Part shown: positions 12,811 through 23,900 of the stretch, in pieces | How positions within the stretch are numbered: the first letter of the stretch is position 1 | Layout: the number at the start of each line of letters is the position of its first letter | Assembly: GCA_043228905.1 (NCBI GenBank) | Contig: JBHGNT010000008.1 | Location: 1,116,001 to 1,180,000 of the forward strand | Source: Azolla caroliniana | Lineage: Eukaryota > Plantae > Polypodiophyta | Direction of reading: 5' to 3' | DNA: 64,000 nucleotides | Program-made: the position numbers and the translations under genes | Notes under the pieces: generated by a model | The model's input: only the letters and a program-made list of their open reading frames with translations | Databases searched by the model: none | Told to the model about the DNA's origin: nothing

Positions 12811-15434
12811 CTACATCCTACTTAAGACTAGTTGAATTGACATAGTTCGCTGTTCCAGAGAAGAAATCACCATGAATACTCAGATGGGAAGCATTCTTCC
12901 GATGGAGAAGCTCGATAGAACGAACTTCACATCTTGGGATTACAAGATGCATCAATACCTTGTCGGGCAAGGTTACTGGAGCTACATTGAAGGAGCTCAT
13001 GAAACGCAACCCAACCCAACACACGCCGACTATCCCACCTGGGAGTAGGCCGCAAGCCGTGTGTGGTATTGCTTGGCATCATGCATATATGATCATATGC
13101 TGGGATATATCAAATAGGCAAAAATGCCGAAACAGGCGTGGAAAAACCTCAAGAAAATCATTGTGGTCAATACGGCTGCACGGAAACTCCAACTTCGACA
13201 GGAGCTAAACAATCTGCAACAGAGGGATATGTCGATCACAAGTTACACCTTGAAGATCAAGGAACTATGTGATGCCCTCAATTCGATCAATGTCATTATC
13301 GATGATGACGAGATGGTGCAAATATGCCTCGGTGGCGTAGCACCTCGATTTGGCTCGATTAGATCAGCCATCCTTGCGAGAGAGAATCCTCCTTCCTTTT
13401 TTGATCTCCAATCATTATTGCTTGTCGAGGAGAATCGTGTGTATCCAAGGAACAACACACACGATGGACAAATGCTATATTCGAATTTCGATGGAGGAAG
13501 AGGACACGGTCGCGGAAGGAGAGGCCGATTCGGCCAAGGCTGACACAATCATGAGCGTAACCACCACCAATGGCAAGCAAACAGATCTGGTCCCAAAGAG
13601 TTCGGCGGAAGGGGGAGTCATCATGCCTGACTAAGCAATCGTAGAAACCCAATAAAATGTAGGTACTGCGGAAAACTCGGCCATTACGAAGAGGAGTGCC
13701 GAAAGAAGAAACACGAGGCAGGCCGACAACTTACTAATTACGCTTTGAATTCCGACTACGACAATCGTTGTGGAATGTTCATAATGAAACATGAAGCAGA
13801 CTCAATGTCCACACAGGCTTCAACTAGCGCCTTCACCTCAAATAATGTATGGTTTTTCGATTCAGGAGCGTCAAATCACATAACGTCTCATGAAGATTGG
13901 TTTCGGGAACTACGGAAACCTGAACGTCCCGGATATATCGAAACAGAAGATGACACGACTCATCCAATACAGCATATCGGGAACATCCCATTCGGAAACG
14001 ACGGAAAACAAACCTACCTCAAGAATGTATTGCATGTCCCCACCATCACGAAAAACCTGGTCTCAGTCGGTTAGATTGTCGAACAAGGAATGCAAGCAAG
14101 ATTCAACAACGACGAGTGCTTCATCGACACAAGTGGTCAAGTCGTAGCTTACAATCGTCGTGAAGGCCGTATGTTTATCCTTGAATCGAACGAGGTGAAG
14201 TCAGCCATGCTTGCAAAGGGCCTCAAAGTCGAAATGGACTTGAATTTGTGATACAAAAGAATCGGCCACATCAATCTCCAAAAACTTTAGAACATGCAAT
14301 CGAAAGGAGTGGCAATCAGACTCCCGATCTTTATCGTGAAGGAGATTACGGGCGTATGTGAAGCGTGCTAGTTCGGAAAGCAACGCCGACACCCATTCTC
14401 GAAAGAGCAGAATGTGAGCAAAGGGATCCTGGATGTTGTACATTCAGATGTATGGGGACCGGCCCAGATAAGCACACTCAACGGATGCCAATACTATGTC
14501 ACTTTCATCAACGACTTCTCCAGGAACACCTGGATCTACCCAATGAGACAAAAGAGCGAAGTATTTGGACACTTCCAGAGCTTCAAAGACGAAGTCGAAA
14601 AAGCTATGGATCAGCATGTATGCTGCCTTCGATCGGATGGAGGCAAAGAATACTTTTGGGATGAGTTTACGGCATATCTCCGAAAGGAAGGAATCCAACG
14701 AGAATTCTCATGCCATTACACACCTCAGCAGAACGACGTAGTTGAGTGTAAAAACCGACACATAGTAGAAGTTGCTCAGGCTATGATGAATGAGAAGAAT
14801 TTGCCGAAATCGTACTGGGCAGAAGCGATGAACACGACCGCAATCGCTTCTCATGAGGAGTTACGTCGCTTATGTGCATATTCCTGACGATATGCGACAA
14901 AAACTCTCCGAAGCCATAACGGATCCGCGTTGGGTTAACGCGATGCATGAGGAAATGGAAGTGTTATGCAAAAATGAGACATGGGATCTCGTTCCTCACC
15001 CGCCGAACAAGAAAGCAATTGGTTGCAGATGGATTTACAAGGTGAAGCATAATGCTGACGGCTCTGTAAATCGCTTCAAAGCAAGTCTTGTTGAGAAAGG
15101 ATACGCACAAACCCACGACGTAGACTATGAGGAGACCTTTGCCCCGGTGGCAAAGATGACCACTGTACAGACCGTAATTGCCTTTGTAGCGGTGAAAGGG
15201 TGGCACCTCCACCAGATGGATGTGAAAAACGCCTTCCTCCAAGGAGAAGTAGAAGAAGAAGTGTATATAATTCAAGCACCTGGATTTGAATCGCATAAAT
15301 ATCTGCAAGCCGTATATCGATTTAAGAAACCACTTTACGGCCTCAAACAAGCACCACGTGCGTGGCACTCGAAGATCACGCAATATCTTCATTAGATCGG
15401 ATTTCGAATGTCAAAATCCGATACTTCCTTGTAC

Positions 15435-16596
15435 ATTCGAAACAAGTCGGATAGCCCGATTTTCATCATCCTTTACGTGGATGCTTTGGTCATCGGAGGA
15501 AAAGATCTAGCTGAAATTAACAAGGTCAAATCACTTCTTTCCGGCAGATTCGAAATGAAAGACCTACACGAGCTCCATTACTTCCTAGGCATTGAAGTAA
15601 TTCGAAACAAGTTGGATAGCCCAATTTTCATCATCCTTTACGTGGATGATTTGGTCATCGGAGGAAAAGATCTAGTTGAAATTAACAAGGTCAAATCACT
15701 TCTTTCCGGCAGATTCGAAATGAGAGACCTACACGAGCTCCATTACTTCCTAGGCATTGAAGTAATTCGAAACAAGTTAGATAGCCCAATTTTCATCATT
15801 CTTTACGTGGATGATTTGGTCATCGGAGGAAAAGATCTAGCTGAAATTAACAAGGTCAAATCACTTCTTTCCGGCAGATTCGAAATGAAAGACCTACACG
15901 AGCTCCATTACTTCCTAGGCATTGAAGTAATTCGAAACAAGTTGGATAGCCCAATTTTCATCATCCTTTACGTGGATGATTTGGTCATCAGAGGAAAAGA
16001 TCTAGTTGAAATTAACAAGGTCAAATCACTTCTTTCCGGCAGATTCAAAATGAAAGACCTAGACGAGCTCCATTACTTTCTAGGCATTGAAGTAATTCGA
16101 AACAAGTTAGATAGCCCAATTTTCATCATTCTTTACGTGGATGATTTGGTCATCGGAGGAAAAGATCTAGCTGAAATTAACAAGGTCAAATCACTTCTTT
16201 CCGGCAGATTCGAAATGAAAGACCTACACGAGCTCCATTACTTCTTAGGCATTGAAGTAATTCGAAACAAGTTGGATAGCCCAATTTTCATCATCCTTTA
16301 CGTGGATGATTTGGTCATCGGAGGAAAAGATCTAGTTGAAATTAACAAGGTCAAATCACTTCTTTCCGGCAGATTCAAAATGAAAGACCTACATGAGCTC
16401 CATTACTTCCTAGGCATTGAAGTAATTCGAAACAAGTTGGATAGACCAATTTTCATCATCCTTTACGTGGATGATTTGGTCATCGGAGGAAAAGATCTAG
16501 CTGAAATTAACAAGGTCAAATCACTTCTTTCCGACAGATTCAAAATGAAAGACCTACACGAGCTCCATTACTTCCTAGGCATTGAAGTAATTCGAA
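15435..16596 (+). repeat. 7 tandem in-frame copies of a 165-bp (55-aa) RT segment containing YVDD
   Basis: Units start at 15435, 15600, 15765, 15930, 16095, 16260 and 16425, bounded by ATTCGAA microhomology. ORF 15408-16607 shows the 55-aa repeat. Confidence 0.97.
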
Positions 16597-17011
16597 CACC
16601 AGTCTGAATAATGATATGACAACGGCACTACGTCCTCAACTTACTCTACAAGTTCGGAATGATGGAGTGCAAACCTGTGTCTACCCCTCTCGATCGCAAT
16701 TTCAAGATCGATGCTAACTCTGGCACGATTGAGAGCGAGTCGACTCAGTATCGTCAACTGATCGGTAGCTTAATTTATCTAACCATCACGGGACCCGACC
16801 TTAATTATTCAGTCATTCTGCTTAGTCAATTTATGCCAAATCCACGAAATCTTCATCTAGATTGCGCTAAGCGGATACTTCGGTATGTCAGCACAACGAT
16901 GGATTACGGCATCATGTATAAGTCGAATACGGTCATTCGACTCAAAGGGTACACAAACGCAGATTGGGCAGGATACAAAGAAGATAGACGATCCACATTC
17001 GGATTTGTCTT

Positions 17012-17047
17012 AACACGTTCGCGTTCACAAGTGGAAGGATCGCGCAT
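17012..17047 (+). repeat. Left terminal inverted repeat
   Basis: aacacgttcgcgttcacaagtggaaggatcgcgcat. Confidence 0.95.
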
Positions 17048-17369
17048 AAATGGAAGGATAAGGGAAATTTTAGGGGTTTTTCAATGATTTTACAAAACAC
17101 ATTGATACCAGTATCATACAAGTTCAAACATACTATGAAAAAGGTTAAAAATCCACTATTTTCGTGATTTAGAAGTAACTAAAAAAAGACGAATTTCAAA
17201 AACATACATTCTCAATTTATATCACAAACTTTACAACCAATGTTATTTTATAAGAAACGATTTTTGGGAAATCATAAGAATTCAAAACACATGATTTTAT
17301 ATTACTCGATTTGTTACAAGCGGAATGTAGTTACACTTAATAGCCAAATATACATTCATGATCACTCCT

Positions 17370-20150
17370 TTACGGAGAATCACTACTATAACTAATATAC
17401 AATGACGATTCCTCCTCATCATCCTCGGATGTACCAATCAGTGCATTATCTTCGTCATAAACCAAATGGTTTGACTCTAGATTATATGTAGCAGATCTCG
17501 TTTGCCTTTGACTCGAGCCACCTTGTAGACCTGGTAATTTTTCTTTTATTATATCTATTGTTGACTTCCTTAATCGTCCGGCTTTTGTAAGTGTGAAGTC
17601 GTACACGATGATATCCACATCAGAGATATCAAGGGTCGAGGTGTTACGAATGTTTCGCTTCCTCTTCCTACCTCCCCTTCTTGTTTGGCATTCAATCATC
17701 TCCAATGTATACTTACCTGTAAAAGCATTTGCACTTCTAGTGTTGTACCAATGAACATTTATAGACTTGATCGTGTTATCTATTTCATGCATTAGCACTT
17801 CTAGAATTTTACCAACCCAAAATTGGTGGCCATGTGAGTTCTCATCAGCCGGCGTTGCAATCAACATCCCCGCGGTGAGCTCTTGCAAATTTCCTTGCCA
17901 TCTAGCTTCGGCTGCTTTGGTCATCCTTGGTCCCACATAAATGTCTCTTTGTTGTGGATGGACCAAGCTGTCATTAATCGCATTTACTAGTCGCTCCGGA
18001 CTTCTATTTACGCGATCATGTTGCAGCGACCATGTGAATGGCGTTTCCAAATTCCAATTATCAACAGATACACAATTGTCTATAATTTCTTTCTGATCAC
18101 TATAAAATACATCCCACCATGACGTGTCTTGTTGTGCGGCATATTTCTTGGCGGCCTCAATATGTTTTCTTTTTTCTTCTAAGGCTTGGAGCCATGACCG
18201 TTTTTGTTCTAATACCAAGTCGCTCTGCAACTGTCCTTTCTTCTCAATTGGCATTTGCTTAGCTCCATGGACAATTGTACTCGGCATACAAAGTAATAAC
18301 TGGCAACCACCTTCAGGTTCCCATGTTGTAGAAGATGAATATTGTTTAGCATACAAAAGTGTAGAACCACTTATTCCATTTTTCTTTATCAAAAAAATGT
18401 GATTGAAACTTATATTGTTTAACTGAGCAAGCACTTTAACATTCCCACCACCTCCATCTAATATATATCTCTTAAAGTCATATACCTCCTTCAAGTGTAA
18501 CACTTTTGGGCGTGGTGTATATGCATCACAAATGACATCAAATAGTTTAGGTAAAGTGAAAGCATCATGCCGAGACAACTGTCTGGAGAATGTGCTAAAC
18601 ATCTGATCTATATGGTCATGTGTGTGGCCAACCAAAAGGAAATTGACTTTCACTTTCCTAAACAATTCTAGGTTGACCAACATACTTAGATAGCCAAATA
18701 CAGTTGAATTTTTGTTCTCTCTAGCAGTATTATCCAATTGAATGTATAGAACAGGGGGGAAAGGTTGTCCCCAAGACATCAAAACTCGGTGAATCACTGT
18801 AACTGTTAGGTTAGGGTCATTGTGAACATTGGGGTAAGTAATGAAGACGTGAGGTCGAACAGACCTATTATAAGCCAAGCATCCCACCAAGTGCATTTGA
18901 ACAAGGCACTCATCATTGACATCTTTGGGGAGCCTCCGCATATGCGGCAAGCATGTCTTCTTCTGGTCCATGCCATCTATCATTAAGCACATGTATTGTT
19001 CAGGCCTCTTCAAACACTTCTCTCTATGATGCATCGCCTTCCTTCGTTCTAAGGATTGTGCCTCGCGATGCTCTTGTAGTAACTTCTTACTCGTATCCTT
19101 TTCCATTGATGTCTTTGCACCTTTAGCCAAACTTTTAAGATTTGCACAAATGGAGCAATAACCCATACGTACTTTACGAGGAATAATAACATTTGAAAAC
19201 CGAGCTCTCCATAATCTTGTGAATTGGCTATAGGTGATAGACTTATTACGTGAGCCCAGCATTTCAGATCGATAGACATCATAAACTTCCCGACGGGTAT
19301 AATTATCAGAAAGATGCATCCTACCTGTAGTGGGCATTACTTCACAATTTAACTGAAAGTAAGTTTTCATCCAGCCAATAGCTAGTCTTCCAATTGCACC
19401 TTTCATACTTGGAACCTCTTTACAATTGAGCATCTGATCCCCGCTAAGTAGACGTTGTTGTACTCTATGTAGCCGCATGTTACTAACACATAACACAATT
19501 TTGAATGCAACTCTACATATCTGTTGCGCATGGAAGATATAATACTCGAATGATACTTTGATCCCCGTACATTTGTCAGATACTAGTTGCATATGTGATC
19601 CGAGGTAAGTGTCTTGCTCATCACCGGTCATCGAAAAATAGTATCGCCTTAATTCTCGCAACTTTGATTTTCCAATCATAGACATACAACCACGGGCACA
19701 ACATATTTTGTTGACATCAAATCCAATCTGTTTATCTGATGTCACCAAGCTAAATCTAGCCAGACGAATTCTTCGTGGGATTCTTCTAATATGCATAGGG
19801 CTCCCAGATTTCTCTTCCTGCATAGAGGTTGGTGTAACCTTGTTACAGTCTAATTCTCTGTTCTGACCATCGCCAATGTTATTCAATGTTTCCTGGGCAC
19901 TTCCTTCATTCCCGGTATCTTTATTAATATCGTATTCTTCAATAGAGAACTCTTCACATGTGTCATTATTTGCATTCCCTGTAGATGAGCTCAGACAATA
20001 TTCTTCGATAGAATATGGTGAGTCGGTCGAAAGACAATATTCTTCAATCGAATATGGTGACTCTGTTGATAAACAATACTCTTCAGTAGAAAACGATGTG
20101 TCTGATGACAAACAATATTCTTCAATCGAGAACGGTGAATCTTCACTCAT
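17370..20150 (-). CDS. DDD transposase, Sola-like (DUF7869-type core), 926 aa, uninterrupted
   Basis: Cys-rich N region (CCARGC, ICRVAF), CSIC, and candidate catalytic motifs IDGMDQKK, QLDNTARENKN and FLLVGHTHDHIDQMFS, as in Sola-type transposases. GCCATG start context; basic NLS-like RRGGRKRKR; lies inside the TIRs. Confidence 0.85.
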   Translation of the reverse strand: MSEDSPFSIEEYCLSSDTSFSTEEYCLSTESPYSIEEYCLSTDSPYSIEEYCLSSSTGNANNDTCEEFSIEEYDINKDTGNEGSAQETLNNIGDGQNRELDCNKVTPTSMQEEKSGSPMHIRRIPRRIRLARFSLVTSDKQIGFDVNKICCARGCMSMIGKSKLRELRRYYFSMTGDEQDTYLGSHMQLVSDKCTGIKVSFEYYIFHAQQICRVAFKIVLCVSNMRLHRVQQRLLSGDQMLNCKEVPSMKGAIGRLAIGWMKTYFQLNCEVMPTTGRMHLSDNYTRREVYDVYRSEMLGSRNKSITYSQFTRLWRARFSNVIIPRKVRMGYCSICANLKSLAKGAKTSMEKDTSKKLLQEHREAQSLERRKAMHHREKCLKRPEQYMCLMIDGMDQKKTCLPHMRRLPKDVNDECLVQMHLVGCLAYNRSVRPHVFITYPNVHNDPNLTVTVIHRVLMSWGQPFPPVLYIQLDNTARENKNSTVFGYLSMLVNLELFRKVKVNFLLVGHTHDHIDQMFSTFSRQLSRHDAFTLPKLFDVICDAYTPRPKVLHLKEVYDFKRYILDGGGGNVKVLAQLNNISFNHIFLIKKNGISGSTLLYAKQYSSSTTWEPEGGCQLLLCMPSTIVHGAKQMPIEKKGQLQSDLVLEQKRSWLQALEEKRKHIEAAKKYAAQQDTSWWDVFYSDQKEIIDNCVSVDNWNLETPFTWSLQHDRVNRSPERLVNAINDSLVHPQQRDIYVGPRMTKAAEARWQGNLQELTAGMLIATPADENSHGHQFWVGKILEVLMHEIDNTIKSINVHWYNTRSANAFTGKYTLEMIECQTRRGGRKRKRNIRNTSTLDISDVDIIVYDFTLTKAGRLRKSTIDIIKEKLPGLQGGSSQRQTRSATYNLESNHLVYDEDNALIGTSEDDEEESSLYISYSSDSP

Positions 20151-20786
20151 GGCTTAAGGTCTAGATAGGGCTCTCTAAGTTATACTCCTCTCTAACCATA
20201 TACTCCTCCCTAAACATAAACTTCTCTCTAAACAAAAGCCAAATCAATAGAATGTCTATATTATGTAATATTCTATTAAAATACAATACATCTAAAAATT
20301 ATTTTTAATAAAGTAATTTAACTTAAATTATCAATCATTATATAAACTAGATCTAAATGATGTTAAATCAAGTAAAATATAAAACTAATCATTAACAAGC
20401 CTTGAATATGTTGGATTAATGTTAAAATCATTGGCTAATTAATGACACCCATTTTGATATAGAACGTCTCACTCATTGATTCTTTAAGGCTCACCATTTT
20501 AATTATTAGACTTATCAATCATTGAGAGTCATAAAATTTTTTGCTTTTAGTAATCAATCATTGGTACATTCATGAACCTCTATCATTGTCTCCTTCATAA
20601 CCTTTGAAGTGATTGTAGGTTGTTATGAGTATAAAAGATTGATCAATATATTAGTTTGACTTTGTAATCATTAATACAATCATAAGTTACTATAGTTAAT
20701 GTGACTATGGTTACAAACTAACTATCCTCAAAGTTACCAACATTGGTTAAGATGACTATGGTTACTTTAACCATGGGTTCAATCCC

Positions 20787-20794
20787 TATAAATA
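20787..20794 (+). promoter_or_regulatory. Putative TATA box of the methyltransferase cargo gene
   Basis: CCCTATAAATAGG ~150 bp upstream of the ATG at 20937, at the end of an AT-rich region shared with the divergent transposase gene. Confidence 0.6.
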
Positions 20795-20820
20795 GGAAGA
20801 CCTCATCATATTTCACTCAC

Positions 20821-20884
20821 CAGAGCGTACAGAGCGTACAGAGCACTCAGAGCACACAGAGCACACAGAGCACACAGAGCACTC
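20821..20884 (+). repeat. ~7 copies of a 9-bp CAGAGCACA-type repeat in the putative 5'UTR
   Basis: cagagcgta cagagcgta cagagcact cagagcaca cagagcaca cagagcaca cagagcact. Confidence 0.85.
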
Positions 20885-20936
20885 AAGGCACAAAGCACGA
20901 AAGCGCGATCTCCGCCTCCACACAAAACGATCAACC

Positions 20937-23900
20937 ATGTCTTCCAAGAGAGTCGAGCGCGAGGAGTCCAGGTAGGCCTCTGACACTGTGGACATTTTTG
21001 TAAATATGTTTCGTTTCCCGAAAAACTCGATACGGCGTATCGAGTTCATGTATACAATACAAATATTTAAACACGAACTCGATACGGCGTATCGAGTTCG
21101 TGTGTAAATAATTGTATTGTATACACGAACTCGATACGCCATATCGAGTTCGTGTTTAAAGTATAGGTTTTAAACACGAACTCGATACGCCGTATCGAGT
21201 TCGGGTTTAAAGTATAGGGTTTAAACACGAACTCGATACGCCGTATCGAGTTCTTGTTTAAAAGGTAAGTTTTAAACACGAACTCGATACGGCGTATCGA
21301 GTTCGTGTTTAAAACCTATAATTTAAACACGAACTCGATACAGCGTATCGAGTTCGTGTTTAAAACGTATACTTTAAACACGAACTCGATACGGCATATC
21401 GAGTTCGTGGTTAAAACTTACCTTTTAAACACGAACTCGATACGGCGTATCGAGTTCGTGTTTAAAACTTACCTTTTAAACACGAACTCGATACGCCGTA
21501 TCGAGTTCGTGTTTAAAGTATAGGTTTTAAACATGAACTCGATACGGCGTATCGAGTTCGTGTTTAAAAGGTTTAGTGTTAAACACGAACTCGATACGCC
21601 GTATCGAGTTCGTGTTTAAAACCTATACTTTAAACACGAACTCGATACGCCGTATCGAGTTCGTGTTTAAAGTATAGGTTTTAAACACGAACTCGATACG
21701 CCGTATCGAGTTCGTGTTTAAAGTGTAGCCTTTGAGAGAGAAAAATCGTTTAAGGGGTGGAAATGTTATCAAATTGTCTGTCAAAATCAGTCTTTTTATG
21801 TTGAGTTTACTTACTTCTAAACAAATACAAGCTCTAATTATAGGTGATTTTTGACCTACTTTGGCTTAAAATAGTAGAAAATGATCTACAAATTGCATTC
21901 ACTATGGCAAATTCTCATCAATATAGGTTTAGAATCTATATAAGTCATATCTACTATTTAAAAGAATATATAACCCGTTTTACTTATTACGATATATATT
22001 TTCTAGGTTGAATAGCCATGCCTACAATAGATTTTTGAATATGTTACTGCTCCTAGAAACTGTTCTTCATTATAATAACAACTTCAATCTACGTAACTGT
22101 CTAACTTATGTTTTTGCATATACTTTCTTAAATAGGTCGTTTGAGAATCTGTCAGACCGACCCGTGAAGAAAATTAAGCTTCGCATACAAGGTTCTCCAA
22201 TCGAAGTCCAGACCAAGGTAACTCCGGAGTCCATAAAGAGAGGAAAAAAGCTTCTATTTAACGAAGAGACAAAATCTCAGCCCCATAGTGATGTAAGCCA
22301 AAAGAAAATTGTCGCCGCTACTGGAGGCGAAGACCTTCCTGACCGAGATCTAACGGACAAGGAATGGTGTATGCAATATATCGACTCAAAGAAAAAAGTC
22401 GTATTGTATACAGCAAAGAAGAAGGGTGAGGGGCAGCTAGGAAAAGAAACTCCATTTATGTATGGCCGAATTCTACGATTTGACTACGAAGATGCAGATT
22501 CGGCCAACATACTGGTAATGATAGAGTGCTCCAAGGGGGTACGCAAAGTGTTCCTTTCAGAAGACCTTTTAGTAAAGGAATCTTGTGGGCCTGAAGTGTT
22601 CAAAAAAGCACTTGATAACTCACAAAACCTGATTGTTACCTTGAGGCCTTATATACAAGGCCATGTAACTCTACGAGATGAAGAGCCCTCCCACTTGAAG
22701 GCCACTAAAAAGGTATCCAAAGTCCAGTCAAGACCAGCCAAGAAGAAGACAACGAAAATGTCGGATACGGATTCGACAAGTGACAATGAAGAAGAGGATA
22801 ATAAGGGGACGCCAGGAGCCGAGCTGGCCTCGGGTGTTTTGTCATCCGAGCAGAATAAAATAAGAAGAGAGTTAATGCAACGGAAGCTGGTCAGGAAAGG
22901 CCAAGTATTTAATTTGCCTATAACACACATCCATCGGCCCCCTATTGATGAAAAAACAGGTCGAAGACCACTTGAGATTAGAGAGCCTCATCGCATGCAT
23001 GTTCAAAATCTCAAGAAAAAAATGAAAATTAATCCTCATGCCACAGTGGTGCCTTTTATTGTTATGGTGGATCCTGAAGAATGTGAAACCATTGAAGATT
23101 TTGATATCAGAAAGCATGATCAATATAATTATTTTGTCATTGGTGGATCGCATTCAGCAGAGGCACGTCGACAACTTGTCAGAGAACATCCAACCACTTT
23201 CTTCTTCAAGTATGCCGAGTGCAAAATATATGTTGGGCTCACAACCGAAGAGGCTAAACTGTTGGCATGGGACCATAATAATGATAATGACTATAGGCAG
23301 AAAATGTCGTCTATTGAGCGAATCCGGTTCTTCCACCACGAGTATTTAGATGTGAAACAAAAGTTTGGTGTGAAGTTACATCCAGGCCTTCGACGTCAAT
23401 GTCTTCATGAAGTCGGCATTGTGGTAGATGATAATGTTAGGTCCGATGGTCTTCGAAAGTATGAATCTTGGTTTCAATTGGCGTTTAGAGATGGAGAAGT
23501 ATGGGACCTCCAAGATCAAATCTTCTCAATGTGGGAGAATAAGGAGGTAAAGGGTCAACGACAAAAGAAATGTAGGGTTGACCCTCAACTAGAATTAAAG
23601 TCACAAGCCGCCAAGAGAATTGACTTGACAATTGAAGAAGCGGCAGACGACATGAAGCTGTCTCTATGGAGAGCGATGCAAGGTATTAAGGACGAGCAGC
23701 TTCTTGTGTCCGTTTTGTCAAGGGTTGTGGCGAAAGATTTAAGCCTTGAAGAAATGGTCACCGAGTTCAATAAGTAAGTCTTTCAAATACTGAAATTGTA
23801 GTCTATCTGGTGTAATTCAAAGTTCTAATCTTGATTTCTAATTTTACAGTCATAAGGTGTACATGAAGATCCAAGAAGTAATGATGAAACAACTTGGATG

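Noticed and set aside
21067-21523. Short ORFs with NSIRRIEFVFK repeats on both strands
   Set aside because: By-products of the 51-bp palindromic repeat within a predicted intron.
21024-21722. CRISPR array
   Set aside because: Spacers are only ~8 bp and recur in both orientations, there are no cas genes, and the context is a eukaryotic intron.
22008-22135. ORF-track N terminus of the 589-aa ORF
   Set aside because: Starts at TTG in AT-rich sequence; a phase-compatible acceptor at 22135 joined to the exon at 20937-20971 is a better model.
22350-22620. Chromo-shadow-like domain at the N terminus of the cargo protein
   Set aside because: Only a loose hydrophobic pattern; needs a profile search.
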